A DNA stretch of 64,000 nucleotides from Verrucomicrobiota bacterium (GTDB lineage Bacteria; Verrucomicrobiota; Verrucomicrobiia; Opitutales; Cerasicoccaceae). Each line of letters opens with the position of its first letter. The stretch's first letter is position 1. The position numbers were made by a program, and so were the translations under genes. Shown one piece after another: positions 9,349-18,796 of the stretch. The notes beneath the pieces were generated by a model that saw only the letters and a list, made by a program, of their open reading frames with translations, was not told where the DNA came from and did not search any database. The stretch lies in assembly GCA_039818205.1 (NCBI GenBank), contig JBCBUK010000008.1, positions 128,001 to 192,000 on the forward strand, in the 5' to 3' direction.

Positions 9349-10887
9349 TTAGTGTGAAGCAAGGACAGCCATAAAGTAACCGGCAACCAGCGCGGTGCCA
9401 ATTACTCCGGCAACGTTGGGTCCCATCGCGTGCATCAGGAGATAGTTTCCGGCGTCGGCCCGCTGGCCTTCAACTTGGCTTACACGAGCTGCCATCGGCA
9501 CCGCTGATACACCAGCTGAACCAATGAGTGGATTGATCTTCTTCTTGGTGACCAGGTTCATTCCTTTCGCCATGAGAATACCGGACGCCGTTGCGATACC
9601 AAAAGCGACAATGCCGAGGCAAAGAATGAATAAGGTTTCCGCCTGGAGGAAGCGATTACCCGTCATGGTAATACCCACGCTGGCGCCGAGGAAAATCGTG
9701 ACGATATTGATCAATTCATTCTGCGCAGCTTTCGACAGCCGTTGGGTGACTCCGCACTCTCGAAGGAAATTCCCCAGCATCAGCATACCGATAAGCGGTG
9801 AGGCGGCCGGCACGAGTAAGATGCAAAAAATTGTTACGATAAGCGCGAAGATTAGTTTCTCCAAGCGACTGACTTTTCGCAAGCTCTGCATTCGAATCTT
9901 GCGTTCACTTTCAGTCGTTAGCGCCCGCATGATCGGTGGTTGAATCACCGGCACCAGGGCCATGTAGCTATACGCCGCAACCGCAATTGGAGCCATCAGG
10001 TCAGGCGCCAACGCGTTGGCAAGGAAGATCGAAGTTGGCCCATCCGCCCCACCAATAATCGCGATGGCGGCGGCTTGCATCGAATCGAAAACTCCAGACC
10101 CGATCGCGCCAAGGAAGGTTGCGAAAACACCGAACTGCGCCGCTGCCCCCAGCAATAAGGTTCGCGGGTTGGCAATCAACGGTCCGAAGTCCGTGAGAGC
10201 ACCAACTCCAAGAAAAATCAACGGTGGAAAAATTTCCAGGAGGATCCCGAGCGAGATATAGTGAAAGAGCCCACCCGTGTGGTCACTATGAATACGGGCC
10301 AAGGGTTGCCCGTTCACAACTTTTTCGCCCAACGTAACGTTGACTTGAGAGATGCGGCCAGAGGCATCGGCCCAAACGAGGTAGTCATCATTCGTTACGG
10401 TGACCATCTCACTGGTTCCTTGAACCGCCCCACTCCATTCTGCTTCGATTTCGGCGATGATACTAGCGACGTCCATGGTTGGGACATCGGGTCGGATGAC
10501 GTAAAGCAAGGTGTGCATGCCCTCGTCATAGAGCGCGTTCTCGACGGCGAAAAGCTGGCGGATGCCTTCCTCGTTTAGTTTCGTGAGGTGATTGGCATGC
10601 TGTCGCTCAACTTTCGGCAAATTCACAGCCTGGCCTGGGCTCAAATTCGTAGCGATGATCGTCCCATTTACTGGACTAAAAAGTTCTCCGGCCGGTTTGT
10701 TCACCATGTTTGCCGTTGGCAAGTTTGCCAGCAAGGCCCCAAACGCAATCGGGACCAAAAGCAGCGGCTCAAATTCTTTGAAGACGGCGAGGTAAAGCAG
10801 CCCCGCCACCACGAACCACATGATGATCATTCGCCAGTCAAGGGCACCAAAGCCCGTCAGCGAGAATAACTCCACTAAGTCTTGCAT
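9349..10887 (-). CDS. mmdB: Na+-translocating methylmalonyl-CoA decarboxylase beta subunit with a ~140-aa insertion
   Basis: EPLLLVPIAFG, FPPLIFLGVGALTDFGPL, IIGGADGPT, AAYSYMALVPVIQPP, GSAGVSAVPMAARV and HAMGPNVAGVIG motifs. Confidence 0.95.
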   Translation of the reverse strand: MQDLVELFSLTGFGALDWRMIIMWFVVAGLLYLAVFKEFEPLLLVPIAFGALLANLPTANMVNKPAGELFSPVNGTIIATNLSPGQAVNLPKVERQHANHLTKLNEEGIRQLFAVENALYDEGMHTLLYVIRPDVPTMDVASIIAEIEAEWSGAVQGTSEMVTVTNDDYLVWADASGRISQVNVTLGEKVVNGQPLARIHSDHTGGLFHYISLGILLEIFPPLIFLGVGALTDFGPLIANPRTLLLGAAAQFGVFATFLGAIGSGVFDSMQAAAIAIIGGADGPTSIFLANALAPDLMAPIAVAAYSYMALVPVIQPPIMRALTTESERKIRMQSLRKVSRLEKLIFALIVTIFCILLVPAASPLIGMLMLGNFLRECGVTQRLSKAAQNELINIVTIFLGASVGITMTGNRFLQAETLFILCLGIVAFGIATASGILMAKGMNLVTKKKINPLIGSAGVSAVPMAARVSQVEGQRADAGNYLLMHAMGPNVAGVIGTALVAGYFMAVLASH

Positions 10888-10914
10888 GATGGTGGTATGT
10901 TGAGGGTTAACCGG

Positions 10915-11319
10915 TTAACCGATTGCCACTAAACCTTGGCCTTCCTCAACGGCATCGCCCGCGGCAACGTGAATTGCCGTGACCTTACCGGCGCATGGCG
11001 AGTTTACGATCGTGTTCATTTTCATGGCCTCGAGGGTAATTAGCTTATCTCCTTCGTTCACTGCTTGGCCCATTGACACATCGACTGATACCACCACAGC
11101 CGACAAAGGGCTGGGCACATCACCTGCGGCAGCGGGAGCAGCGTTAGACTTTGCGGGTGCAGGCGAAGCAGACGCGGGCGCGGCTGAGACCGATGCAGCG
11201 CGCCGTGGTGGCGAGCTCTTGCGTGATGCGGGCATAGCCGTGGGTTGTCCGGCTTCGTCGAGCATCTCGACTTCGACCTCATAGGTTTTACCTTCGACGG
11301 TGATGCGTAATCGTTTCAT
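10915..11319 (-). CDS. mmdC: Biotin carboxyl carrier (gamma) subunit
   Basis: Ala/Pro-rich linker and EAMKM biotinylation motif. Confidence 0.95.
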   Translation of the reverse strand: MKRLRITVEGKTYEVEVEMLDEAGQPTAMPASRKSSPPRRAASVSAAPASASPAPAKSNAAPAAAGDVPSPLSAVVVSVDVSMGQAVNEGDKLITLEAMKMNTIVNSPCAGKVTAIHVAAGDAVEEGQGLVAIG

Positions 11320-11337
11320 GAGAGGAGAAAATTTGAT

Positions 11338-11754
11338 TTAACGAACAGAGTGTGAGGAGAAGATGGCCCGTCGTCCTTCTTGGGCCCAGGTGTTAGAGGT
11401 TGGCGTAATGCTAACGATGCGGTGTGGCTTGTCACCGATCACTGAATGAACTGCCGCAGCAACGACCACTGCGATGCGTTTCAGTTCTTCTTCGTCGAGC
11501 TCTTCAGTTGTCCGCGGCGGATGCGGCAAAGCGTCTTCGGCGACCGCTGCTACAACTGGTTCTGGTTTTGGCGTTTTTGCTGGAGCTGGAGTTGCCTGAT
11601 CTCGAAACGCCAGGCCTATAACCTGGGTTACCGCAGCCAGAATCAGCAAAACTAGAAAAACAAACAGAAACCCGACGAGAATGAATTGTATGCTTTCGCC
11701 AAACGATGGATGCCGAGCAAGCATCGCCAAAGTTGTTGTAATTGAAGCATCCAT
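11338..11754 (-). CDS. mmdD: OadG/MmdD-family decarboxylase membrane anchor (delta) subunit
   Basis: Single TM (GFLFVFLVLLILA), Pro/Ala linker, VAAAV helix and W.QEGR C-terminus. Confidence 0.85.
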   Translation of the reverse strand: MDASITTTLAMLARHPSFGESIQFILVGFLFVFLVLLILAAVTQVIGLAFRDQATPAPAKTPKPEPVVAAVAEDALPHPPRTTEELDEEELKRIAVVVAAAVHSVIGDKPHRIVSITPTSNTWAQEGRRAIFSSHSVR

Positions 11755-11774
11755 AGGGATTGATAGCTTTTGAG

Positions 11775-13328
11775 TTAGAGCGGAATGTTGCCGTGTTTCT
11801 TTGGTGGACGCGTGTCCCTCTTGGACAAGGTCGCCCGCAAGGCCAAAGCGATAGTCCCGCGAGTTTCAGCAGGTTCTATCACGTCGGTTATCATGGCGTT
11901 CGAAGCTGCTTGATACGGCGAGGCGAACTCTCCCTGATAATTCTCCACCAGCTCCTTCGTCTTAGCGGCTTTGTCTTCCGCGTCGCCAATTTCCTTACGG
12001 AAGAGAACCTTAACGGCACCCTCGCCTCCCATCACTGCGATTTCTGCTGTTGGCCAGGCAAATACCAGGTCGGCTCCCATGTCCGCGGAGCACATTGCGA
12101 GATAGGCGCCACCGTATGCTTTTCGCATGATAAGGGTGATCTTGGGCACCGTCGCAGCTGCGTAGGCAAAGAGCATTTTGGCACCGTGGCGAATAATTCC
12201 GCCGCGTTCTTGAGCAAGTCCGGGCATGAATCCCGGAACATCAACCAAGGTAACGATTGGAATATTGTAAATATTGCAGGTCCGAATGAACCGCGCTCCT
12301 TTGTCTGACGAATCGATGTCCAACGTGCCCGCTTTGAATGTTGGCTGATTGGCAACGATTCCAACAATGACGCCGCAGATGCGAGCGTATCCAACAAGCA
12401 GATTCTTGGCAAAGTCCGGCATGATCTCAAAGAAGTGACCATCGTCTACTAGGCGGTCGATAACACTGTGAACATCCAGAGGCTCTTTTGGGCTCCCCGG
12501 CACAAGTTCGTTCATCTCTGGGTCCGGGTTGAGCTCGACTTCGTAAGTGAGGTCATGTGGTGGATCTGCGAGGTTGTTGTTCGGAAGATAGGACAACAGC
12601 TCTGTGGCAAGCTCCATGGCATGCTTATCGTCGATCGCAATCATATGGATGTTTCCGCTGACCGAAGCGTGAGCTGCCGCCGAAGCAAACTGCGCAAGTT
12701 CTGCTTTTTCCCCCGTTGCCGCTTTGATCACATCCGGCCCACAAATGAACATGTTGGCGTTGGCCTCCGTCATAATGATGAAGTCCGTTAGGGCTGGTGA
12801 GTAAGCTGCACCACCCGCACAGGGTCCCGCAATAACGGCAACTTGAGGAACGACACCGGAAAGGAGGACGTTTTTAAAGAAGACCTGGCCATAGCCCGAG
12901 AGCGAATCCACGCCTTCTTGAATGCGAGCCCCTCCGGAATCATTTACTCCGACCACCGGAATACCCACTTCGTGAGCGTGCGTCATCAGATCACAGATCT
13001 TCTTTGCATGGATACGTCCGAGAGCACCGCCACCGACGGTAAAGTCCTGACTGAATGCCGCAACGGGTCTTCCGTTCACGTAGCCAGTCCCACACACGAC
13101 ACCATCGTAAGGCATGGACTTATTCTCCATTCCGAAACGGTGGCAGGTATGTTGGGCGTGCATGCCGAATTCCTGGAACGTTCCGTCTTCGAAGAAATAT
13201 TCCAAACGTTCGCGCGCCGACATTTGCCCTTTGGCCTGCCGTTTGGCGAGTTTGGACTCGCCTCCCGCCAGACGGGCTGTCTCGCGACGCTTCTTCAAAT
13301 CGTCTAATAGTGTTGGATCAATAGCCAT
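11775..13328 (-). CDS. mmdA: Methylmalonyl-CoA decarboxylase alpha (carboxyltransferase) subunit
   Basis: DSGGARIQEG, GPCAGGAAYSPALTD, VDVPGFMPG, RKAYGGAY and PKKHGNIPL motifs. Confidence 0.95.
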   Translation of the reverse strand: MAIDPTLLDDLKKRRETARLAGGESKLAKRQAKGQMSARERLEYFFEDGTFQEFGMHAQHTCHRFGMENKSMPYDGVVCGTGYVNGRPVAAFSQDFTVGGGALGRIHAKKICDLMTHAHEVGIPVVGVNDSGGARIQEGVDSLSGYGQVFFKNVLLSGVVPQVAVIAGPCAGGAAYSPALTDFIIMTEANANMFICGPDVIKAATGEKAELAQFASAAAHASVSGNIHMIAIDDKHAMELATELLSYLPNNNLADPPHDLTYEVELNPDPEMNELVPGSPKEPLDVHSVIDRLVDDGHFFEIMPDFAKNLLVGYARICGVIVGIVANQPTFKAGTLDIDSSDKGARFIRTCNIYNIPIVTLVDVPGFMPGLAQERGGIIRHGAKMLFAYAAATVPKITLIMRKAYGGAYLAMCSADMGADLVFAWPTAEIAVMGGEGAVKVLFRKEIGDAEDKAAKTKELVENYQGEFASPYQAASNAMITDVIEPAETRGTIALALRATLSKRDTRPPKKHGNIPL

Positions 13329-13368
13329 CGCCTAAATCAGTTAGAAGTTCTATCTTAACCCGTGGGAT

Positions 13369-13776
13369 CTAGTCGTTCTTGGGCATGCAGAATTCAGTCA
13401 ACATACCATGGGTTGATTTTGGGTGGAGGAACGCGACAAGCTTATTGGCGGCGCCATCGAACGGTACTTCATGAATGAGTCGCACGCCGGAGTCGGATGC
13501 CTTCTTCAACTGCCCCTCAATGTCAGAGGTTCGAAACGCGATATGATGGATACCTTCGCCGTTCTTCTCCAAAAACTTTGCGATCGGACTGTCGTCTGCC
13601 GTTGGCTCAAGAAGTTCAAGGTGGACTTCGCCAACTTCAAAGAAGGCAGTCTTCACCTTTTGGGATTCTACCTCCTCTCTTCCGTGACACTCGAGGCCAA
13701 GTGACTCCTCGAAATATTTGGCCACTTCGTCCAGATTTTTTACCGCAATACCAAGATGGTCGATTTGCTGAATCAT
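13369..13776 (-). CDS. mce: Methylmalonyl-CoA epimerase
   Basis: VOC fold: IDHLGIAV, LELLEP, GEGIHHIAF, FLHPKSTHGMLTEFC. Confidence 0.95.
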   Translation of the reverse strand: MIQQIDHLGIAVKNLDEVAKYFEESLGLECHGREEVESQKVKTAFFEVGEVHLELLEPTADDSPIAKFLEKNGEGIHHIAFRTSDIEGQLKKASDSGVRLIHEVPFDGAANKLVAFLHPKSTHGMLTEFCMPKND

Positions 13777-13800
13777 GATTGTGTTTGGTTTATGCTCCGA

Positions 13801-13884
13801 CGATATCTAATTAGCATTACTTACGTCAATGAATTTTTAAATTAAATTTTCTGATTGACGGAATGCATACGAAAAGCTTATCAA
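13801..13884. promoter_or_regulatory. Back-to-back divergent promoter region for mce-mmd-scpC and mutAB-meaB
   Basis: TTGACG on both strands (13824-13829 minus, 13855-13860 plus) flanking an AT-rich spacer; each is followed 18 nt later by TATC. Confidence 0.5.
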
Positions 13885-13950
13885 CTTTAGCGTATAAACC
13901 AACCAACCCAACCAGCATTTGATTAGGAACATCCATCAATCAATCTAGTC

Positions 13951-16098
13951 ATGGAATCCACGAGTAACCACACACTCCTCTCGGAATTCACGGCCGCCAC
14001 CTACGACGAATGGCGGACCGCAGCCGAAAAACTACTCAAGGGCGCACCGTTTGATAAAATCATGCGGACGCCGACTCCCGAAGAAATTACGCTCGAGCCA
14101 ATCTACCGTCGCGAAGACTTAGATTCAGTGCCGGCAGCGAGTACTCTACCGGGTCAGAACGGTTTTACCCGGGGGGGCAATGCTGGAGGTTATCGTGAGG
14201 AGCCCTGGAAAATCGCGCAGGAACTTCCCTACGGTGAGCCCGCTGAGTTCAACCAAGCAGCGTTACATGATCTCAGTCGCGGTCAGGATTCATTAAACAT
14301 AATTTTTGATATCGCTACCCTAAAAGGACTGGATCCTGATCATGCCGCCGATGGCGAAGTTGGCGCTTGTGGTCTTTCGGTGGCCAGCTTGCCCGATTTG
14401 CGACGAGCCCTAAAAGGGGTTTATCCAAATGCGATTCCAATCTATTTTCAAAGCGGATGCTCCGGCCTTGCTATGCTAGCCCTGTTCCGCGCGTGGCTGA
14501 AAGAAAAACGCGACCTAGACCTAAGCGAGATCCGTGGAGCCATGGGGATCGACCCGCTAGCAATGTTGGCCGCCGCGGGCAGCCTTCCCGCGTCACTTCC
14601 TCATATCTATGATGAAATGACATGCGCAACGAAAACCTGCCGCGAGGAGACTCCGAGGTTTCTTGCCGTCGGGGTGAATACGATGCATTACCATAGTGCC
14701 GGTGCCAACGCTACCCAAGAGATTGCGATCGCGCTGGCCACCGGAGTTGAATACCTGCGTGCCCTCACGGATCGTGGCATGGCGGTTGACGATGCTTCCA
14801 AGCAAATTCGATTTACGCTTTCAATTGGACCGAACTTCTTCATGGAGATCTCTAAGTTTCGAGCCTTTAGGCAGCTCTGGTCCAACGTAATTGAGGCACT
14901 TGGGGTTTCGGTTGATTCCGAAAGTATCAACCTGCACGCGCGGACCGGATTACACAACAAAACACGGAATGATCCCTATGCGAATATGCTGCGGACAACA
15001 ACCGAAGCATTGGCTGGTGTTATTGCTGGCGTAGACAGTCTGTGCGTCGGCAGCTTCGATGAAATCATCCGGGTGCCCAATGAGTTTTCTCGGCGCGTTG
15101 CGCGCAACACCCAATTAATTCTGCAGGAAGAGTGCGAACTCACCTCAGTTATTGATCCTGCAGGCGGCTCCTGGTTTGTCGAGAACCTCACTCAAGAAGT
15201 CGCTCAGGAAGCGTGGAAAACATTTCAAGGAATTGAAGCCAGTGGCGGAATGAGTTCTGCGCTAAAGAGTGGTTTCATCCAGAAACAAATTGCGACTACT
15301 GAAGCGAAGCAAACAAAGCTCGTTGGCCAACGCCGAGTCGCGCTTGTTGGGACAAATCAGTATCCCAATCTTGGCGAAGTGCCCCTTGAGGTAACGCTAC
15401 CCGACTACAAAATCCTGCGAAAACGCCGCGCCAACGAATCGACCAGCTTCCGTCTTTCCGCGGAATCGGATATCGATTCGCAGGTCATCGGTCAACTCGC
15501 GGAGATACAAACATGCAGTTACTCCGAACTTATTCCAAAATCGATATTGGCCGTTTCCTCTGGAGCCACCCTGGGCGAATTGACCCGTACCATTAGGACT
15601 CGAGATATCGGTAAGACAGTCGAGGTTGATCCTCTCCCCAACCGTCGCCTTGCCGCGATGTACGAGGAGCTTCGGGCAGCTTCACTCGACTACCAGAAGG
15701 CCAACGGAAATTCCCCTCAGATTTTCCTCGCAAATATCGGAGCGCTTCGCCGACACAAATTGCGAGCAGACTTTACCCGAGCCTTTTTTGCAACTGGAGG
15801 TTTCGAATGCATTTATTCTCCGGGCTTCACCGATGCTGGATCTGCATCGCAGGCATTTGTCGATTCCGGTGCAGAGATCGCAGTTATTTGTGGCACCGAC
15901 GACGACTACATCGAAAGTGTGCCGACCTTTGCCGCGGCCATAAAAGAGGCAGCGCCCACCGCATCTGTGATACTTGCTGGATTCCCCGGAGAAAAAGAAG
16001 CGACCTACCGCGAAGCAGGTCTCGACGATTACATATTCGTCAAATCAGACAACTACGCAACCAACCGAAGTTACCTCGAGAAACTAGAGGTATTATAA
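13951..16098 (+). CDS. mutA: Methylmalonyl-CoA mutase small (non-catalytic) subunit
   Basis: EISKFRAFRQLW, DPYANMLRTTTE, ARNTQLILQEE and DPAGGSWFVE motifs; C-terminal domain lacks DxHxxG. Confidence 0.9.
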   Translation: MESTSNHTLLSEFTAATYDEWRTAAEKLLKGAPFDKIMRTPTPEEITLEPIYRREDLDSVPAASTLPGQNGFTRGGNAGGYREEPWKIAQELPYGEPAEFNQAALHDLSRGQDSLNIIFDIATLKGLDPDHAADGEVGACGLSVASLPDLRRALKGVYPNAIPIYFQSGCSGLAMLALFRAWLKEKRDLDLSEIRGAMGIDPLAMLAAAGSLPASLPHIYDEMTCATKTCREETPRFLAVGVNTMHYHSAGANATQEIAIALATGVEYLRALTDRGMAVDDASKQIRFTLSIGPNFFMEISKFRAFRQLWSNVIEALGVSVDSESINLHARTGLHNKTRNDPYANMLRTTTEALAGVIAGVDSLCVGSFDEIIRVPNEFSRRVARNTQLILQEECELTSVIDPAGGSWFVENLTQEVAQEAWKTFQGIEASGGMSSALKSGFIQKQIATTEAKQTKLVGQRRVALVGTNQYPNLGEVPLEVTLPDYKILRKRRANESTSFRLSAESDIDSQVIGQLAEIQTCSYSELIPKSILAVSSGATLGELTRTIRTRDIGKTVEVDPLPNRRLAAMYEELRAASLDYQKANGNSPQIFLANIGALRRHKLRADFTRAFFATGGFECIYSPGFTDAGSASQAFVDSGAEIAVICGTDDDYIESVPTFAAAIKEAAPTASVILAGFPGEKEATYREAGLDDYIFVKSDNYATNRSYLEKLEVL

Positions 16099-16137
16099 GT
16101 AACTGCTTACAACCGAAAACATAATCTATTTCTATTG

Positions 16138-18312
16138 ATGAAAAATATTGACTTCTCCACTTTGGATTACAAAGCGCTCAGCGAAATCGGGAATATGGAG
16201 CAATGGCAGCAGGCGATCGAAGAATCGACCAACAAATCATTGGATGATCTCACGTTGGATACAATGGAGCAGATTCCAGTCAAACCGCTCTATACTGCGG
16301 AAGATTACTCAGGTATGGAGCATCTAGATTTCACCGCTGGCCTCCCACCGTACTTGCGCGGACCCTATGCAACCATGTATGTATTCCGCCCCTGGACGGT
16401 CCGCCAGTATGCTGGGTTCTCGACCGCGGAAGAATCCAATGCGTTCTACCGCCGAAATATCGCGGCCGGTCAACAAGGGCTATCGGTGGCATTTGACCTG
16501 GCGACCCACCGTGGATACGACAGCGATCACCCGCGGGTCGTCGGTGATGTCGGCAAGGCTGGAGTCGCAATCGATTCAATTGAGGATATGAAAGTTCTCT
16601 TTGATCAAATCGACCTTTCTAAAGTCTCGGTTTCGATGACTATGAACGGCGCTGTGATCCCGGTCTTGGCTTTCTATATTTTGGCGGGCATGGAACAAGG
16701 CTGTTCACTGGATCAACTTGCCGGGACGATTCAAAACGACATTCTGAAGGAGTTCATGGTGCGGAACACTTACATATACCCACCGGCTCCATCGATGCGG
16801 ATCATTGGAGATATTTTCGAGTATACTTCTAAAAACATGCCGAAGTTCAACTCGATATCGATCTCCGGATACCACATGCAAGAAGCAGGAGCGACGGCCG
16901 ACCTTGAAATGGCCTATACGCTCGCCGATGGGCTCGAATACCTGCACACGGGCGTGAACGCCGGGCTCGATGTGGATGCCTTCGCGCCCCGTCTGTCGTT
17001 CTTTTGGGCAATCGGCAAAAACTTCTTTATGGAAGTTGCGAAGATGCGGGCAGCAAGATGCCTCTGGGCCAAGCTGGTTCAGCAGTTTAATCCTAAAAAC
17101 CCGAAGAGTCTGGCTCTACGGACGCACTCTCAGACCTCCGGTTGGTCGCTCACCGAGCAGGATCCCTACAACAACGTCGTCCGCACTGCGATCGAGGCAT
17201 TTGCGGCAGCGTGTGGCCATACGCAATCATTGCATACCAACGCTCTCGATGAGGCGATTGCCCTCCCGACTGACTTTTCAGCACGCATTGCGCGAAACAC
17301 CCAGCTCTTCATCCAGGAAGAAACCGGCATGACGAATGTCATCGATCCCTGGGGCGGCAGCTATTACGTTGAGTCCCTGACCCATCAGCTAATGCAAAAA
17401 GCATGGTCACATATCGAAGAAGTTGAGGAGCTTGGAGGAATGACCAAGGCGATCGAGGAAGGCATACCAAAACTCCGTATCGAGGAAGCCGCTGCGCGGC
17501 GCCAGGCAAGAATCGACAGCAGTAAGGAAACGATTGTGGGCTTGAACAAGCACCGCCTTGAGCACGAGGATCCGCTTGAGATTCTCGATATAGACAACTC
17601 TGCAGTGCGCGACTCGCAGATCGCCCGGCTAAAGAAGCTGAAAGCAGAACGAGACAACGGCGCTTGCCGTTCAGCACTCGAAGCCATAACAAAATGCTCG
17701 GAGTCGGGTGAAGGCAATCTGCTTGAACTTGCGGTTGAAGCTGCGCGGCAACGAGCAACCCTTGGAGAAATTTCCGATGCTATGGAAAGTGTCTTCGGGC
17801 GCTACAACGCAAAAATCCGCTCGATTTCTGGCGTCTATGCGAAAGAATTTGGTGAGAACATGAACATTAGCAGTGTCAGCATGCTCGTCGAGCAGTTCGA
17901 AAAGGAAGAGGGCCGGCGCCCGCGGATCATGATTGCAAAGATGGGTCAAGACGGCCACGACCGTGGCGCGAAAGTTGTTGCCACCGCCTATGCCGATCTT
18001 GGATTTGATGTCGACATCGGCCCACTGTTTCAAACTCCAGAAGAAGCGGCACGTCAGGCAGTTGAAAACGATGTACACATCGTCGCCATGAGTTCTCTGG
18101 CGGCCGGTCACAAGACTCTGCTGCCCCAGCTGGTGAAGGCACTAACGGATCTTGGTCGCGACGACATTATGGTGGTTTGTGGCGGCGTGATTCCGGCTCA
18201 AGACTACGAGTTCCTGCTCGAGAATGGTGCGAGCGCCATCTTTGGGCCTGGTACCGTCATTCCTGAATCGGCGCGCAAGATTTTGGAACTACTCCTAGAA
18301 GGAAACGAATAA
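16138..18312 (+). CDS. mutB: Methylmalonyl-CoA mutase catalytic subunit (adenosylcobalamin-dependent)
   Basis: [13 protein letters not shown] (Tyr typical of methylmalonyl-CoA specificity), [12 protein letters not shown] and [11 protein letters not shown]12-binding motif. Confidence 0.97.
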   Translation: MKNIDFSTLDYKALSEIGNMEQWQQAIEESTNKSLDDLTLDTMEQIPVKPLYTAEDYSGMEHLDFTAGLPPYLRGPYATMYVFRPWTVRQYAGFSTAEESNAFYRRNIAAGQQGLSVAFDLATHRGYDSDHPRVVGDVGKAGVAIDSIEDMKVLFDQIDLSKVSVSMTMNGAVIPVLAFYILAGMEQGCSLDQLAGTIQNDILKEFMVRNTYIYPPAPSMRIIGDIFEYTSKNMPKFNSISISGYHMQEAGATADLEMAYTLADGLEYLHTGVNAGLDVDAFAPRLSFFWAIGKNFFMEVAKMRAARCLWAKLVQQFNPKNPKSLALRTHSQTSGWSLTEQDPYNNVVRTAIEAFAAACGHTQSLHTNALDEAIALPTDFSARIARNTQLFIQEETGMTNVIDPWGGSYYVESLTHQLMQKAWSHIEEVEELGGMTKAIEEGIPKLRIEEAAARRQARIDSSKETIVGLNKHRLEHEDPLEILDIDNSAVRDSQIARLKKLKAERDNGACRSALEAITKCSESGEGNLLELAVEAARQRATLGEISDAMESVFGRYNAKIRSISGVYAKEFGENMNISSVSMLVEQFEKEEGRRPRIMIAKMGQDGHDRGAKVVATAYADLGFDVDIGPLFQTPEEAARQAVENDVHIVAMSSLAAGHKTLLPQLVKALTDLGRDDIMVVCGGVIPAQDYEFLLENGASAIFGPGTVIPESARKILELLLEGNE

Positions 18313-18331
18313 ACTAAGAATTGAGCACATC

Positions 18332-18721
18332 ATGGACACGCTGGAAATTCTCATTCAATCAAAGAAAGCAAACCCCGACCTGGCTCACGATGTTGTTTCG
18401 GCCGCAGCAGCGTGGCTGAATAAGGAACTCCGTTCCGCGGGTGTGAGCTATCACCTTGCCGACAGCGAGCATGACTTCTGTGGCTACGCAATGTTTCAGT
18501 TTCATCGAACCTGGAAAGGAACCGACATCACCCTCTTTATAAAAATAGCGGAAGTCCGCGAAACGCCCTATGTGTTCGCCGACATTCGCGTTCGAGAACA
18601 AGAGGAAAACGTGCTCTTCCCGTTTTTTGGTGAGATCGGCTCGGACGAAGGTAAAGAGATCATTCTCAATTACCTTGCGGACTTCCTGTTAAGCGTAGAG
18701 GCTAACGGACACGATCAATAG
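18332..18721 (+). CDS. Hypothetical protein between mutB and meaB
   Basis: 129 aa ORF 19 nt after mutB, co-oriented; no motif recognised. Confidence 0.7.
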   Translation: MDTLEILIQSKKANPDLAHDVVSAAAAWLNKELRSAGVSYHLADSEHDFCGYAMFQFHRTWKGTDITLFIKIAEVRETPYVFADIRVREQEENVLFPFFGEIGSDEGKEIILNYLADFLLSVEANGHDQ

Positions 18722-18796
18722 TTGAGTAATTTTTCACTCCAAGATTCAACGCAACTATCGTAGCAATGCCTGGATGCCTGGCAGCGATCATAAATC

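Noticed and set aside
11775..13328. Interpretation as propionyl-CoA carboxylase beta subunit
   Set aside because: The adjacent OadG-like, biotin-carrier and Na+-pump beta genes, with no biotin carboxylase, indicate a decarboxylase alpha subunit.
13897..13945. AACC tandem run and a TTGAT...ATCAA pair resembling an FNR box before mutA
   Set aside because: The spacer is 11 nt rather than 4, and the AACC run is short and imperfect, consistent with an unstructured A/C-rich leader.
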